Assembly (NCBI RefSeq): GCF_009834535.1
Contig: NC_045696.1
Span: 77,998,001 to 78,062,000, forward strand
Origin: Camelus ferus
Taxonomy: Eukaryota
Length of the DNA stretch: 64,000 nt
Reading direction: 5' to 3'
Position 1 is the stretch's first letter. Each line of letters opens with the position of its first letter. The notes under the pieces are model-generated. The model had not been told where the DNA came from. It worked only from the letters and a program-made list of their open reading frames with translations, and made no database searches. Made by a program: the position numbers and the translations under genes. Shown piece by piece: positions 23,331 through 36,799 of this stretch.

Positions 23331-25324
23331 GAGCAGCTAATACACTACATGGCATACTGATTTTCTAAGAATAACCACTCAAAAATGTTTCTGAAAGCTA
23401 TGATCTTAGACACTTCAACAATAAATTGGAAATTTCCAATTTTTTGGAACCAAGAAATCTAAGAAAACTTGTTACCAAAATAATATTTCAAAATGAAATT
23501 TAGATTTTTTAAAAGTAGTTTGAATTTAAACAATCTATTTTTCAATATGTTGCAAAATAAGCTTTCTGAAAAAAATTCACACTGTGTAATAATGAGCTCC
23601 TCTTTAAATGGTTCTCAGAAACTGTGTTGAACAATATTTCATGTAAATAGGAAGGATTTGGGACACATACAAGAGCCACCACTGACAGTAAAGTAGTAAG
23701 AATACAGACACTTATTTTTTCCCAACCAAATGACAAGGCATTTCATGCTGTGAATATCTAACTCCACTTTGACAACTAAGCACATATTTATATTTTCTGC
23801 TATTCTAGTTTTACACTGTCTCAATTGATTTAGTGCCAACTCAAGTCAGTCTTTCAACATGTGTCCAGGTAACTGGACCAAGAACATCTGGTGAAGACTT
23901 GCCACAAATTACAGTGATATGCTTTATTCTTTGAATGCTTTTGGTTGGCAGAGGTGATGTTGAACAGACAGTAGGTAAACAAACAAACACATCCACTGAA
24001 TTGTAACACTAGGAATACTAAATAAACTGTGTCGTTTGATACACTTCAATAGAGTAAAACGATGGAAACGATTTTCCTCTCCAGAATTTAAAACAAAAAG
24101 AAAACAAAAACAGGATTTTAACAGAGAAGGGGACAAAGACAGAAAGCTTTAAATCAGGATGGATTTCAGGAAATCGGGTATAATGAGAATCAAGTCTAAG
24201 TCAAGAGAAAAGAAATATCTTGGGTTTCAGTTAAATAGTAGCCCAGAGATTATAGCCAGGCAGTTATCTGGAGACGATACTAAATTTAAAATCTCCTCGT
24301 AGCCTACAGAGTTTTCAGAAGATGTATTATTAAGGGAAATAATACAGAAAAGGAATTTCTAACTCCTAATACCATCTCTAGTCCTTCAGATGTCTGACAA
24401 TCTTAATGCCTAGAAATCGGGATAGGATTTTCTTTTCTATGTTTCAACATAGACAAAATCGAATACTCCTTAATGACATTAAGCTCTCATTTCTCTGTTT
24501 ATGCTCACCCCACAGATTTTTTGTTTTGAGCTTTACCTTATGTACCAAGTTAATGATTTTAGGCCAAGCACAACTCTGATTGTAAGTGATCACTGGTGTT
24601 ATAATTGTAACTAGATACTGTAAATGTCAGTTCTCATGCCCCATTTATCTGAGTCCTTAGATAACATGATCACGCTTCTTGTGCTCCAAGTGTGAGAATA
24701 AAATTGTGCTATTTATATGCTAAAGTCTCTTAGAATTCTAAAATTATATGGTTCTAGGGAATAAGGTTTGCTTGGATCATAGTTTAATGTAGTTAAAACA
24801 CTCCTGGCAAGTTGGTGGAAGCAGTTGTAATAAAGTTTGATAGTCTGAACATTTAATCTTTGAAATGTTTGATAAATTATCAAAGGAATTAAGAGACTAG
24901 ACTTCTGATATCCTACTATCTTAAATGGAATTTAAAAGTGTTTTGAATCAATGCAATCTCTGCTCTTCTGAGTGGTGAAAGAGATGCAAGAGAGTTCACA
25001 GAAGCATTTAAGGAGAAAAGTTATGTTTAAGTGTTTCTACATCCTTTTTTTTTTTAAAGTATAGTCCAGGATCAGAATTATCAGGCAAGCAGTCGTTATT
25101 AAGAGAACAACTTATTCCTCAACAAGCGTTTACTCAGAGCCTGCCGAGTACAGAAACGGGGCTGAGGATGCAGAACACATATGTTCCTCAGTCCTGATTA
25201 GTGTGGAGGCAGCGATACAAGATGCTGAAAGAACACTAACGTGAGGTCACAAAGTTTAGGTCAGTAGCCCCAGTGGTCAAATTCAGATGTTGCAGATAAA
25301 GAAAGGTACAGATTCTCTAGCTCA

Positions 25325-25452
25325 GTGATCCTCAAAATTCAGCTGCATCAGAGTTACCTGGAGAATTCATTAGAAGATAGATGACTGGGTGCCTTCCAGA
25401 GAGTTTCTATTTAAATTTAAGGTGGAGCTCAAAATTTTGCACTTCCTTACAA
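25325..25452. mobile_element. MER5A (hAT-Charlie) fragment, followed by a MIR fragment (~25455-25535, minus)
   Basis: cagtgatcctcaaaattcagctgcatcagagttacctggagaa...gagtttctatttaaatttaaggtggagctc...tttgcacttc. Confidence 0.65.
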
Positions 25453-25779
25453 TCTTGTGAGGCATGTAATAGTATAATCCTCCTTTTTATTCTATAAAGA
25501 ATAAGGCTCAGAGTAGTTAATTAACATGCCAAATGAAGCTAAAGGCTCATTCTTGTTAAAAGAATGATGAATTATTTTCTGTGTTAGAGGGGCAAAGATT
25601 TTAAAATTTTTTTACTCTTTGCTCTGATTCAATCATGATCAAGAATTATTTGGATAAGCAACAAGACTTATTGAGCAGAACTATAAGATCATGCATTTGT
25701 TTGAACAATCCATTTGGGTTATGCATTGTGGAAGAGTGTGTTGATATTCTTGGTTTTTGTTTTTTTTTAACTACTTAAA

Positions 25780-26250
25780 CATATATAAAAATTGTGGTAT
25801 ACTTTCCAGCAGTAAAAGGGAATAACTAATGTCTGTAACCATGAATAAATATCACAGACATTATTCTGAGCAAAAAATCTACACACAACAGAATACATAC
25901 CTTGTGTTTCCATTTTTATGATGATCTAAAATTGTGTACCATGAAAATGTGAAACTGGTGGCTAGCTGGTGTTGGTGACAGGGAATTACTCTGAAGTGAC
26001 TCAGAGAACCTTTGGAGGTGACAGGAATGTTCAAATGCAGAATAGAGATGGAGATTACATGGCTGTATCCTTTTGTCAGTTAGGATGTATCTGTTTCAGT
26101 TTATGTAAATTTTACTTGGAAAGGTAAGTGGTGCTATGGGGTATGTGGGGATGTACAGGCAAAACAGAAATGGTAGACTGCAGATAGCCAATGAAGCTGG
26201 TTGAGGTAGATGGAGGGTTCATTGAGCTATTCTCTCTATTTTGTACACAT
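25780..26250 (+). mobile_element. Ancient L1 (L1MC/ME-like) 3' UTR fragment
   Basis: catgaataaatatcacagacattattctgagc, agaacctttggaggtgacaggaatgttc and ggagggttcatt...ctctctattttgtac. Confidence 0.65.
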
Positions 26251-26265
26251 TATAAAACAGACAAA

Positions 26266-28930
26266 GAGAGGATTCAAGATAGTAGCATAGGAAGATCTGA
26301 ACTCATCTCCTCCCACAGACAAAATGAATCTACAACTACACATGGAATAAATCCAGTGGAAAGGGACTTGGAAACTGGATGAACAGAGCTTCTACAGCAA
26401 AGTGTACAAGGACAGCATGAAGGTGAGTAAGCGAGGCAGAGATATGATCTCAACAAGGGAAAAAAAGAAAAACACATCCCAGGCTCAGAAATCCACAACT
26501 GTGAATAATCACAAACGTATGGATCTTTATCCTGAGGAGCAATGGGTTGAGCTCCACATAAGGCATCTCAACCCCTAGATCCTGCACAAGACAAACAAGC
26601 CCCAAAACACGGCTTTCAAAAGCCAATGAGAAATATGTTTAGGAAAACTACAGAACTGCAGGGAATGAAAAACTTCTTCTTAGAAAGGGCTTACAGGCAG
26701 ACTCCTTTAGCCTGAAAATCAGCACCAAACACCAGATTGGAAAGCACATGAAATATAGGTGAAGGAGATGTACTGCCTAATCTTAAAGTTTCTGCTAGAA
26801 AGTAACCAGCTGGGGCACTTAAAACAGACAACTACTTACAAGAACGTTATTTGTGAACTTCACAGTGACCATAAGGAAACAATTTATATTAAATACACAA
26901 AGGAAAATGAGAAAGAAATCTAAATGTAACACTAAAGAAAACCACCAAAACATAAGGAAGGAAAGAAAGAGAAGAAAAAACAGAAAACAATAAACAAAAT
27001 GTCAATAAGTACATATCTATCAATAATTACTTTAAATGTAAATGAACTAAAGTAGCTAATCAAAAGACAGAGGGGCAAAATACATTAAAAAACAAGACTT
27101 ATCTGTTATCTAGTTAAGAGACTCACTTCATTAAGAAATGACACACAAAGAAAGAAAATGAAGGGGTGAAAAAATATATTCCATGCAAATGGGAATGAAA
27201 AAGCTGGAGTAGCTATACTCATATCAGACAAAATAGACTTTAAAACAAAAACTATAATAAAAGACAAAGAAGGGTATTACATAATTTAAAAAGTGTCAAT
27301 GCAGCAAGAAGATAAAACATTTACAAATGTATATGCACCCAACAGAGGAGCACCAAGGTATATAAAGCAAATATTAATGGACTTAAACGGAGAACTTGAA
27401 AGCAATACAATAATAGTAGGGACTTTAACAACTCACTTACATCAAGTTCATATCAATTCAGGCCTACATCAGGAAGCAAGAAAAATTCCTAATAAATAAG
27501 CTATCTTTACATCTAAAGGAACTAGAAAACAAAGAACAAATGAGGCCCCAAATTAGCAGAAAGAAGGAAATAATAAAGATCAGAATGGAAATAAATGAAA
27601 TATAGACTAAAGAAAACAAAAGAAAACATCAATGAAACTAAGAGCAAGTGATTGGAAAAGATTAAAAAAAAGTCAACAAGCCTTTAGCTAGACTAACCAA
27701 GAAAAAAAGAGAGGACACAAATAAATAGAATCATAAATGAGACAAGTTATAACTGTAATCAGAGAAATACACAGGATCACAGGAGACTACTACAATCATA
27801 TGTCAACAAATTGTACTACTTAAAAGAAATGGATACATTTCTAGAAACAAAGTCCCTAAGACTAAATCATGAAGAAACAGAAAATATGAACAGACCAATT
27901 ATTAGTAAGGAGATTTAAACAGGAATCAAAAATCTCCTAACAAACAAAGCCCAGGACCAGACGGCTTCATTAGCAAATTCTACAAAACAGTCAAAACAGA
28001 TGTAATGCCTGTTCTTCTCTCAGTGTTAACACAAAATGTTCAAAGATGATTTAATACTTATCTTCCAAAAAACTGAGGGGGAGGGAAACCTTCCAAACAG
28101 TTTACAAATCCAGCATTACCCTGATACTAAAACCACACAAGAACACTACAGAAAAGGAAAATTACAGCCCAGTATCACTGATTAACACAGATACAAAAAT
28201 CCTCAACAAACTATTAAAAAAAACCAAAAAAACAAATCCAACAATACTTTAAAAGGATTATCCATCATGATCAAGTGGGATTTATTACAGGGAAGCAAGG
28301 ATAATTCAACATCTACAAAATAATCAATGTGATACATCATATTAACAAAATGAAGAATCAAAATCATTTAATTATCTCAAAAGTTGCAGAAAAAGCATCT
28401 GACAAGTAACTGTCAACCAAGTAGATATAGAGGGAACAAACCACAACATAGTAAGGCCATATATGACAAACCCACAGCTAAGAACATACTCAATGATGAA
28501 AATCTAAAAGCTTTTTCTCTGAAATCAAGAACAAGGCAAGTATACCACTCTTGCCACTTTTATTCAACCTAGAATTAGAAATTTTAGTCACAGCAACTAG
28601 TCAATAAAGTAAACAAAAACACCCAAATCAGGAAGGAGTAAAACTGTCACTATTTGCAGATGACACTATATTAAACATAGAAAGACCCCACCAAAAAGAT
28701 GTTAGAACTAATAAATGCATTCAGAAGTAAGGCTGCAGGATACAAAATCAATATACAGAAATCTGTGGCATTTCTCTACACTAATAATGAACTATTAGAA
28801 AGCGAAGTTAAGAAAACAGTTTCATTACATCAAAAGAATAAAATATCTAGGAATAAATTTAACTAAGTAGGTGGAAGACTTGCACACTGTAAGACACTGA
28901 TGAAAGAAGTAGAAGACACAAAATAAACTG
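26266..28930 (+). mobile_element. L1 with 5' UTR, ORF1 missing, degenerate ORF2 (EN and part of RT), 3'-truncated
   Basis: Start gagaggattcaagatagtagcataggaaga resembles the L1 5' end (ttcaagatggcg, CpG-decayed). The ORF2 start at 26999 reads MSISTYLSIITLNVNEL, followed by NVYAPNRGAPRYIKQIL, KAIYDKPTA and ctatttgcagatgac (LFADD RT motif) at ~28650. Confidence 0.9.
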
Positions 28931-29254
28931 ACAGTATTCTTCAAGCATCAAGTTAGTAAAAGAAAAACCGAGGAATTGCTTCATTTTGAAGAGGGTTAAG
29001 GCTACAACACATAAAACGTTCTCTCTGTTTGCAATACTGTAATTTATTGAGACAAAAATCTATTACAGACTTTTCAGGAAGTTTTATTTCAAAAAATGAG
29101 TAGTCTATAACTTTGGGAAGATAAAAATTTTGCTTTTTAAAATATGGAGTGTTAAGTATTCTTCACCTTTACTAACCATTGATTACTTTAGGTAGCACGT
29201 ACTTATAAATTACAACCTTGTAATGCTTACAAGAATAATAAGGAATAACAATGA

Positions 29255-29260
29255 ACTTAC
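29255..29260 (-). promoter_or_regulatory. NAALADL2: 5' splice donor of the NAALADL2 exon
   Basis: G|GTAAGT, a perfect consensus donor located where family similarity of the peptide stops. Confidence 0.9.
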
Positions 29261-29402
29261 CAACACTTGGATAACCAGGCGTAGAAGGGTCTCCTCCTGG
29301 ATTCAGTGACACCATGAAGCTAAGATTTGCAGTCTTTGGTAAATCACAGGGGTCAATATATAGAAGAACACCTCCAAATCCAGCCTTTTCCAATAAGGAA
29401 AG
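29261..29402 (-). CDS. NAALADL2: Internal coding exon of inactive N-acetylated-alpha-linked acidic dipeptidase-like protein 2 (M28B / GCPII-transferrin receptor family; probably the orthologue of human exon 5)
   Basis: The minus strand reads ttctcctcttttag|CTT TCC TTA TTG GAA...CCA AGT GTT G|gtaagt, giving 47 codons + 1 nt (phase 0/1). The peptide LSLLEKAGFGGVLLYIDPCDLPKTANLSFMVSLNPGGDPSTPGYPSV carries the GCPII-family motifs GVLLYIDP.D and GDPxTPGYP and matches the recalled NAALADL2 sequence. Confidence 0.93.
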
Positions 29403-29427
29403 CTAAAAGAGGAGAACAAATTGTTAA
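29403..29427 (-). promoter_or_regulatory. NAALADL2: 3' splice acceptor, polypyrimidine tract and candidate branch point of the NAALADL2 exon
   Basis: The minus strand reads TTAAC-aatttgttctcctctttt-AG. The AG is at 29404-29403 and the branch-like TTAAC at 29427-29423 (A about 22 nt upstream of the exon). Confidence 0.85.
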
Positions 29428-31261
29428 AAATATCATCATATGCATTAGAAGTTCATATACTGCTATTTCATAGATGGGACTAAGGTAAAGTGATGCCCTT
29501 TTCTGTTTTCCTTTTAAAATAAGCAGACAATTCAAATTTCCTCACTATCAAAGCCCAGTCAGAGAGTTATCCTACTGACCTCTTTCTTTTCTGTCTCAAC
29601 AATATTTAAGCTGCATTCTGATAGTATTTATATTTGATTTCAGTCGTCAGCCTTTAGAATTCCTCCCTTTTTTAATTGTCCAAGTAGATCTGGATGTTTG
29701 TACTTCTGTGAGTTTAACAAAAGATCTGCCACAGATAAATTTCAGTCGTAAAAGAAGAGCTGTTCTGACCACTGTCATGTCCTTTCCTAGAGCAGAAGAC
29801 ATCCAGGGTATTTTGATCTATTTCCTCCAGGGCTGAGGCTGTCACAACATCTGCTAAAATGCAGAAAACCTTTCACACTGTATGGCAACAGCCACTGTCC
29901 TGAACTCCTGAGGGCCGCCACTGTACAAGTCACTCTGGTCTCTCTGCCCTGGATGTCCCAGACAGACCCCTAAGATACAGCAACTAACAAGGATATACAG
30001 AACCACGGGATGGGCCTCCTGAATGGTCAGCTCCTGTTCTCTCTGTCATTCAGTATTTTTAAAATAGCCCCTGATTACCTCCTATGAATATACTTAATGC
30101 AAAGTTTCCTCTCTGTTCTTCAGTAAGTACACCATAGGTAAGTATGATGGCACAGATAAACTTGACATCCCAGATTCTCTTTGTTTTAACTCGTTAAATT
30201 AATTTTGGGGGGTAAAGATCTTATTCACTGTAGTGTGACTTACACAATATAAAAAATAACCATGATTTGCTAATCCTATTTGCTTCCCAGGAGAGAAGAA
30301 AATTAGAAGGACACTAGGGAATAACGGGAGAGTATGACTCAGAGTCCTGTTGAGTAAACGTAGTTGCTGCTCATTGTATGACTCTAGTTAACACCTATAT
30401 TTCACTTTCCAGTTATTGTTTATGTGGCATATTCAGTTTTACAGTGGACTAAGCAAGGTAGCAACTTGTGTCCCAGGCTGGACCACCCCATGGGGTTAGA
30501 AATCATGTTTATCTTTTGTACCACTGTACACCTTGCATATACAGCAGGCACATAGTTAAGAGAATTACTGAATCAAAGAATGAATGGGAAAGATGCCGAT
30601 ATGGCACAATAGTTACTCCTGAAGAAAAGAACTCTGAGAAAATATTCAGGAGGTACTTCTACTGGAAAAACAAAACATAATTGTAAGTATAATATGATCT
30701 AACTACATAAAGGAAATAACATGTAGAAAAATACAAACTGACACGATCTAAGTATGCTACATTAATGGCATCTTTCCAGTGCCTTTGTTCTGTATTTTCC
30801 ATTTTTAAACAAGTAATGAACAAGTATGAATTATCTTTGTAAAAAGAAAAAAACTAACATTGAGAACATAAGCTAAGTATAATTGACCAACATGTACCTT
30901 CTATAACAAACCACTCTGATCAACTTTTTCTTTTCCATCAGTGTTTTAATGAAGGTAGGGCAAGGATTCAGGGAGAGAGGAAGAATGAGAGACAGAAAAA
31001 AAGAAAATATTACGTGAATAAGAGGGCCATATTTAAGACTGACTTTCCAAATGCTCAGACTGAAGTCCTTGAAAGGCCTTCTAATGTTCAGATGCTGAAA
31101 TTGCTAGTCTCTAAAAGAATAATCAATGGAATGATTTTGAATATTCTGCTTATTGCAGGAAAATATATCAAGAAAAAATATGAACTTCTCTCAAAAGCAG
31201 TTTTAAAATATTAAAAAATACTCTTATTATTAAAGCAATCTGTGACCATTAGTGAGTAAGA

Positions 31262-31263
31262 GA

Positions 31264-31300
<37 letters not shown>
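31262..31300. repeat. (CA)n microsatellite
   Basis: Directly visible. Confidence 0.95.
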
Positions 31301-31304
<4 letters not shown>

Positions 31305-31309
31305 CCCCA

Positions 31310-32105
31310 GTGTCCCATTATCTTACCAGTCAAGAGGTAGCAAATGTTAACATGTTGGAGTTTTTAGACCCTTTTATTGGGGCTTATGCACATCCATACA
31401 TATACTTACAAAATAAAACCACCTACAAAAAATACTATTTTGCAATATTGTTTTTCACTTAGTGTATACTAAACATTTGTCCACGTTGATATGTATAATT
31501 TTGTATCATTTTAATAGCTATATACTATACACAAGTGATGTAAGTACTACTATAAAGAAAGGTCACCAAATGTTATTTAACAAACTATTCCTGACTGTTG
31601 ATCACACAAATTATTTTTAATTTTTATAGTATATTGCAACAAACTTCCCTTTGGTTAAATTACTGCATAAATAACTATTTTCATGAAATATATTTTCACA
31701 GGTAGAATTTCTAGATCAAATATAGTAACTTACAGTGAAAAAGAATATGAAAACGAATGTTCATCTAAGACTGAAGCAGTATGCTGTACACTAGAAATTG
31801 ACACAACATTGTAAACTAACTCTACTTCAACAAAATATATATATATATAAAAACTCCTGTGTTCATGGCTTTTTTATCCACTCATTTTCCTCCAGAAAAG
31901 CTCTAACAAGTTATATTCTTACCAGTAATATATGTGAGTACTTGTTTCCCCTCAAAGTCACCAACATTGAATATTACTACTTTTCAAAACTATTTGTCAA
32001 TCTGGCCAAAATTTATTCATTCAAATTTTTAAAAATTACTAATGAAGTTACCTTTATTTTTGCTTGTGATTTTGACAAATTGCATATTTTCTTTTGAGAA
32101 TTACC
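31310..32105 (-). mobile_element. Ancient L1ME-like 3' fragment, interrupted by a short young L1 tail at ~31722-31850 (+)
   Basis: tttttcacttagtgtatac...ggtagaatttctagatcaaa|...|tcctccagaaaagct...cttaccagtaatatatgtgagtac. The insert tatgctgtacactagaaattgacacaacattgtaaact matches the other L1 tails in the window. Confidence 0.65.
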
Positions 32106-33494
32106 TGCTCCTGAAAATTATTTTTATGATTCTTGGTCCATTCATCCATTCACAACTATATAATAAGTGTCACTTTGGTGCAGGTAACCTGCTGTCATTG
32201 GGAGGTGGAGGTAAATATGACAAGGTCTCTGCTCTTAGGAAATTCACTTTGCCAGTGGAATGACCCACAGTTTTCATCTTGAGTGCTAACTCCAATTAAC
32301 TGGTCATGAATAGCCATCTGGAGAAGGACTGCGATGCCAGGTTCAGGGCAGTGGGAAGTGGTTCCATGAGAGATTTCTGCTATGGACATAAGAAAGAAGT
32401 GGCGGGCCACAAATTATTTTTTTTCAATCTGCTGATCCTGCTTTGGTGGAATTGTCAAAATATCTTTAAAAATCTCTTCTAAAATCGTAAATATGGTAAC
32501 TATTTATTTAATGTCTTTGAAACCTAGTGCTTAAATTTATCTTAGCCAAAAATAAAATGCTACAGTTGCATATTTCGTCTCTTCCAATTATATTTGGTAA
32601 CATGTTATGATCCCTTCTATAAATACGTATCACAATATGCTTCTATAACTGATGGCTGATAATAAAACAGTGTGGTTCAATAGCATACTGTCTTTGGCCA
32701 GAGTTGATTACCTCCCTATAGCCTTGAAGAGACACCTTTATATGTGAGTTGACCCCTCCCCCCACACCCTCTGCCTAAAATAGCTGGACCTGAGGTGGAT
32801 CTCTCTTCAGTGTTGTCAGATCTGGTGCTTGATGCCATTCTTCACTGGCCATCAGAGAGCTCTTAAATAAGTAGTTTAATTCAGTGACTCAATTTCAGAA
32901 ATTGTCTATTACTGGATTTCCAGTGACACTAGCAATAGAGGAAATTGCCTACATTAAATCAAATTTTAAAAAGATTCCTTTGCTTTGTTAGCATTGAATT
33001 TTGAACATGAGGTGAGGGGTGCCTAAAATGCTCAGAAGATCTATGATTCTAGTGAGATTATATTTTTAAAAATGAATTCAAAGGCAAGCCAATGCAAACA
33101 GGATGAAGCCAGGCATCACTGGACTGTCTGAGGGCAGAGTGTCCCTGGGCGCCTGGGTGAAAATTATTAGCTCTGCCCAGGACCTCTCGTAACTGGAAAC
33201 CTAGACTAACGATTATACTGAGGGTCCATCTAATGCCTGAAAAGAGGGAAAATGTAAGGCCGAGATCCTTAACAAGGATCCTTGATCCTTGAACTTCAAC
33301 TGTCCTTTGCTTCTCTTTCTTGAGTATTAATGTGTTAAGTTTGGGGTTCTCAGTCATGCTTACCACCTTGTAAACTAAGACAATATTTGACATTAGTAGG
33401 GCCAATCAGAACTTGGAACGGAGACACACAAAGAAAGAGTCAGGCAGATGGTGTTGGGCCTGAGTGTTGTGAGGTCATGGAGAAGCAGGCCGTA

Positions 33495-33597
33495 GCCACT
33501 GGCCAGGGCAGTGCACTGACCCACAAGGCTATACTCCCCCGGAAGGGGCACTGTTTCCTAATTCACACAAAGTGCCATGTGAGCAAATGGCCTCCCT
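33495..33597. mobile_element. Half of a hAT MITE (MER91A-like)
   Basis: cccggaaggggcactgtttcctaattcacacaaagtgccatgtgagc resembles one arm of the recalled MER91A consensus. Confidence 0.45.
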
Positions 33598-33869
33598 ATT
33601 TAGAATCAATCCTCTGACATGTGCAAACTAGTGTTTTCAGGGTGTAGAAACTGAGAGTCTTGCCAAGGCAACTGGTAACTAAAGAGGAACCAGAATTCCA
33701 AGAAAACAGAGATGAGAGCGGGCAAGAAAGGATGGCCTGCACAGAGCCTGGGGCCACCTGTGCACCCTTCGCTTGGACTGGGTGATTTTCCTCCTTTTCG
33801 CTAAGAGTGCTTCTGTTCTTTGCAAGTAAATCAAGCCATAACCAAGACAAGTGAAAAAGCATGAAACTA

Positions 33870-34020
33870 GGAGATGGTACTCGGTTTTACTATTGATCTG
33901 GACACTAAATAGCTCTGTGACGACTCATAGAATTTCTCCAGGCCTTGGTTTCACCATCCATAAAATGCCAGAACTGAACAATGTTATCCCCAAAGACCCA
34001 TTCTGTTCTAAATTTAAAAA
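33870..34020 (+). mobile_element. MIR3-like fragment
   Basis: ctctgtgac...ggccttggtttcaccatccataaaatg...ccaaagacccattctgttctaaa. Confidence 0.6.
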
Positions 34021-36323
34021 CCACATAGTCCAATCCTATGATTTAAAAAATGTTTATGGAGACATTTATTGTACTTTCAAATATATTGTCACATATGAAA
34101 TTTGCTTTTAAACTATTGGTCAGGAATACCCTCTCCAAAAATAACACAATTTCTATGATTAAGGAAGATTTTTCAAGGAGTTTTTGTAACGTAATTTCAT
34201 ACAACATATAGCATAAATATTTTCACATTGAACTTCTATTAGGGACAAAATACGAAGAAAACTGAAACTTCTTTTTCCGTTTAAATTCAATTCTAATTTA
34301 GATAGTACACTGTGAAGCGTTAATTTCATCTTTCAAAATGATTTCAGTGTTTACACCCAAAAATAAATATGACAATTGCAGTAAATCATTCAGGGTTAAA
34401 TGAATACTATTTCAATGCAGTCATTAATATTCTTTTTAAATTGAAAATATTTCTACTCTAAGTACTTCAACCAATATTTCATTTCCAGGAGAGAAGTTAA
34501 ATATTGTGTAAATTTACTGAGTATGTTTATTCAAAATGTCCACCAGTGATAATTATTAGTTCCCACATAGCTAAGGATTCTTCCTCCTCCTTGTCCTCAA
34601 AATAATCACATCATGCTTCTACGAACACAAGAACCCTTAAACCAGTCTCCTATTCACATGCCTCCCACCCTTTTTGTTTAACTCAAAATAACTGCTCAGT
34701 GCTGCGACATTATTCTTAACCAAGTTTTCATGGGTACTAAAATCTCAACATGCGTCAGGTGTCTTGAGATCGTTGTAGACTAGTAACTGAGAAGTGGTCC
34801 TTAGCAATCCCAAGACACTTTTCTGTCTGTATACAGTCAGTAAGCTCCCTTCAAGCTATGTCATGGCTTCACATCACTGAAGCATTTATAAAGTCCCCAG
34901 TCTTCAAAGTGTAATTGTACTCGTATTATTTTTTTTTTATCCTCAGTAATTAAAAAGGATTGAGTGGGTAACTTTAGTAGCACTCAAAAATAACTTGCTT
35001 GAAGACAGTCCCTATAGCTTCATTTTATCTCCCTAGTGCCTAATGTAGTCTCTGGCAACAAATGATTTTTCTATTGTTGAATTAATGAATAAATCAGTAC
35101 ATGTACCAGTGAATGAATGAATCAAAGAAAAACGGTGCATACAGGTACAAGTATGTTACATGAATGTTATTTTGCTCTATGGTTCACACCCACTGGCTGG
35201 AAAACTTATGCAATAAATTTTGCTGTGACATCTTATATATGTCCATTACAATGTGAGTGTAAATATTAGGCCAGCTTGTTTGAGATTAAAAAAGAAAAAA
35301 AATACATTCAACTGTGTTGTCTCTTCATACTTCTATAAAAAAACACAATTGAAATAGGTTTATTTTGTTCTGACTTTTGTTTTATTTTGTCTTGTTACCT
35401 AAGAGCTGCGATAAAGAGTGGAGACTAGCCTGCAGGGATTTGAACATGTGAATTTTATCTTACTGACAGGGTCTTGTAGATAAAATGTCTTTGACCAAGA
35501 AATATGATCTCATATTTCTTACTGCAAACCATCCTAATATATTTCTTCTTGTGTATAGTATATAAAGTTATCTGTCACCAAATAATCACATCAGAAATAA
35601 ATGATACTAAGAATCATGGGCAGGAGACAACAATCATCTTGAACAGATCTTACAAAATCAAAAGCTCTGTAGGAATTATTCAGGGGTAGTAGCTTGGTAC
35701 CTGAAAATGGTCCAACATAGGTTTATATCCCTGTCACCTTGGACAGACAGCATGTGGGAACTGGGTGACTTCATGGTGTTTAGATATTCAGGGGGAAAAA
35801 ATAATTGAAAGAAAATCAAAGCCAGAGAGAACAAAAGACAAAGGACCTTGCTCTGATTTCTACCACTTAACTTCTCTGCTTACTGGCTTTCACTTTTCAA
35901 CTGAATCATCTTTTCCATTCCAGAAAGAGGATGCTGTTGCCATGGCCACTTAGACAATCTACTCCTTCACAGTGTCCACGAAGGGAACTGTGGTTGGTTA
36001 ATTCTGCAGCCAGGCTCTAATCTACCTAGTGATGCTACTAAGTTGTCACCTGACCCTTTTGAACCTCCTGAATGTCAGCCTTGCTCTTTGTTTTCACAGG
36101 TCACAATGCATGAGATCCCTGAACTACCACCTGGTATCAAGAACCAAAGGAGGAAGCTTGTGTTTTCCTCAGTGATTTAGCCTCTTCAAAACATTGGTCC
36201 AGCATTAGAACCATTCCTCTGGCCTCCATAGCTAGAAAAGTTTTCTGAGTCTTCACATGGAAAACAAGAACAGATGTAACATAATGAGACAGCCTTAGTT
36301 TTACAGATAAATTTAAGATCTAT

Positions 36324-36699
36324 TGTTATGGGCTGAGTTGCGTCCCCCTAAGATCGTATGTTGAAGTCCTAATACTCCGCACACCTCAGAATGTGAATAA
36401 ATGTGAAAATAGAGCCTTTGAAGGGGTAACTAAGGTTAAATGAGTTCACAGGGGTGGGGTCTGATCCAATATGGCTAGGATCCTTTCCAGAAGAGGGAGG
36501 GAGAGACATCAGAGAGAAAAGGCATGTGGGGACACAGCAAGGTGACCACAGCAAGCCAAGACCAGAGGCCTCAGGGGGAACCAAACCAGTCAACACCTTG
36601 AACTTAAATTCTCAGCTTCCATAACTGTGAGGAAATAAATCTGTTTTGAGGCACCCAGGCTGGGGTATTCTGCTATGGCAGCCCCAGCAAACTAATACA
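36324..36699 (+). mobile_element. MaLR solo LTR (MLT1A-like), full length
   Basis: TGttatgggctgagttgcgtcccc...tatgttgaagtcctaa...cttccataactgtgaggaaataaat...ctatggcagccccagcaaactaataCA. Confidence 0.9.
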
Positions 36700-36799
36700 T
36701 TCACAGAAGGTAAATATAAGCAAATTTTTATATAAAGGCACAGGAAAATAATGTCATTAGAATTGAGGTCTTCTGAGTCATCTTCAAGCCAAATCATCA

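Noticed and set aside
29172..29393. 73-aa ORF as a complete small protein
   Set aside because: The TTG start lies inside the exon, and the tail after PGYPSV is read-through past a perfect GTAAGT donor.
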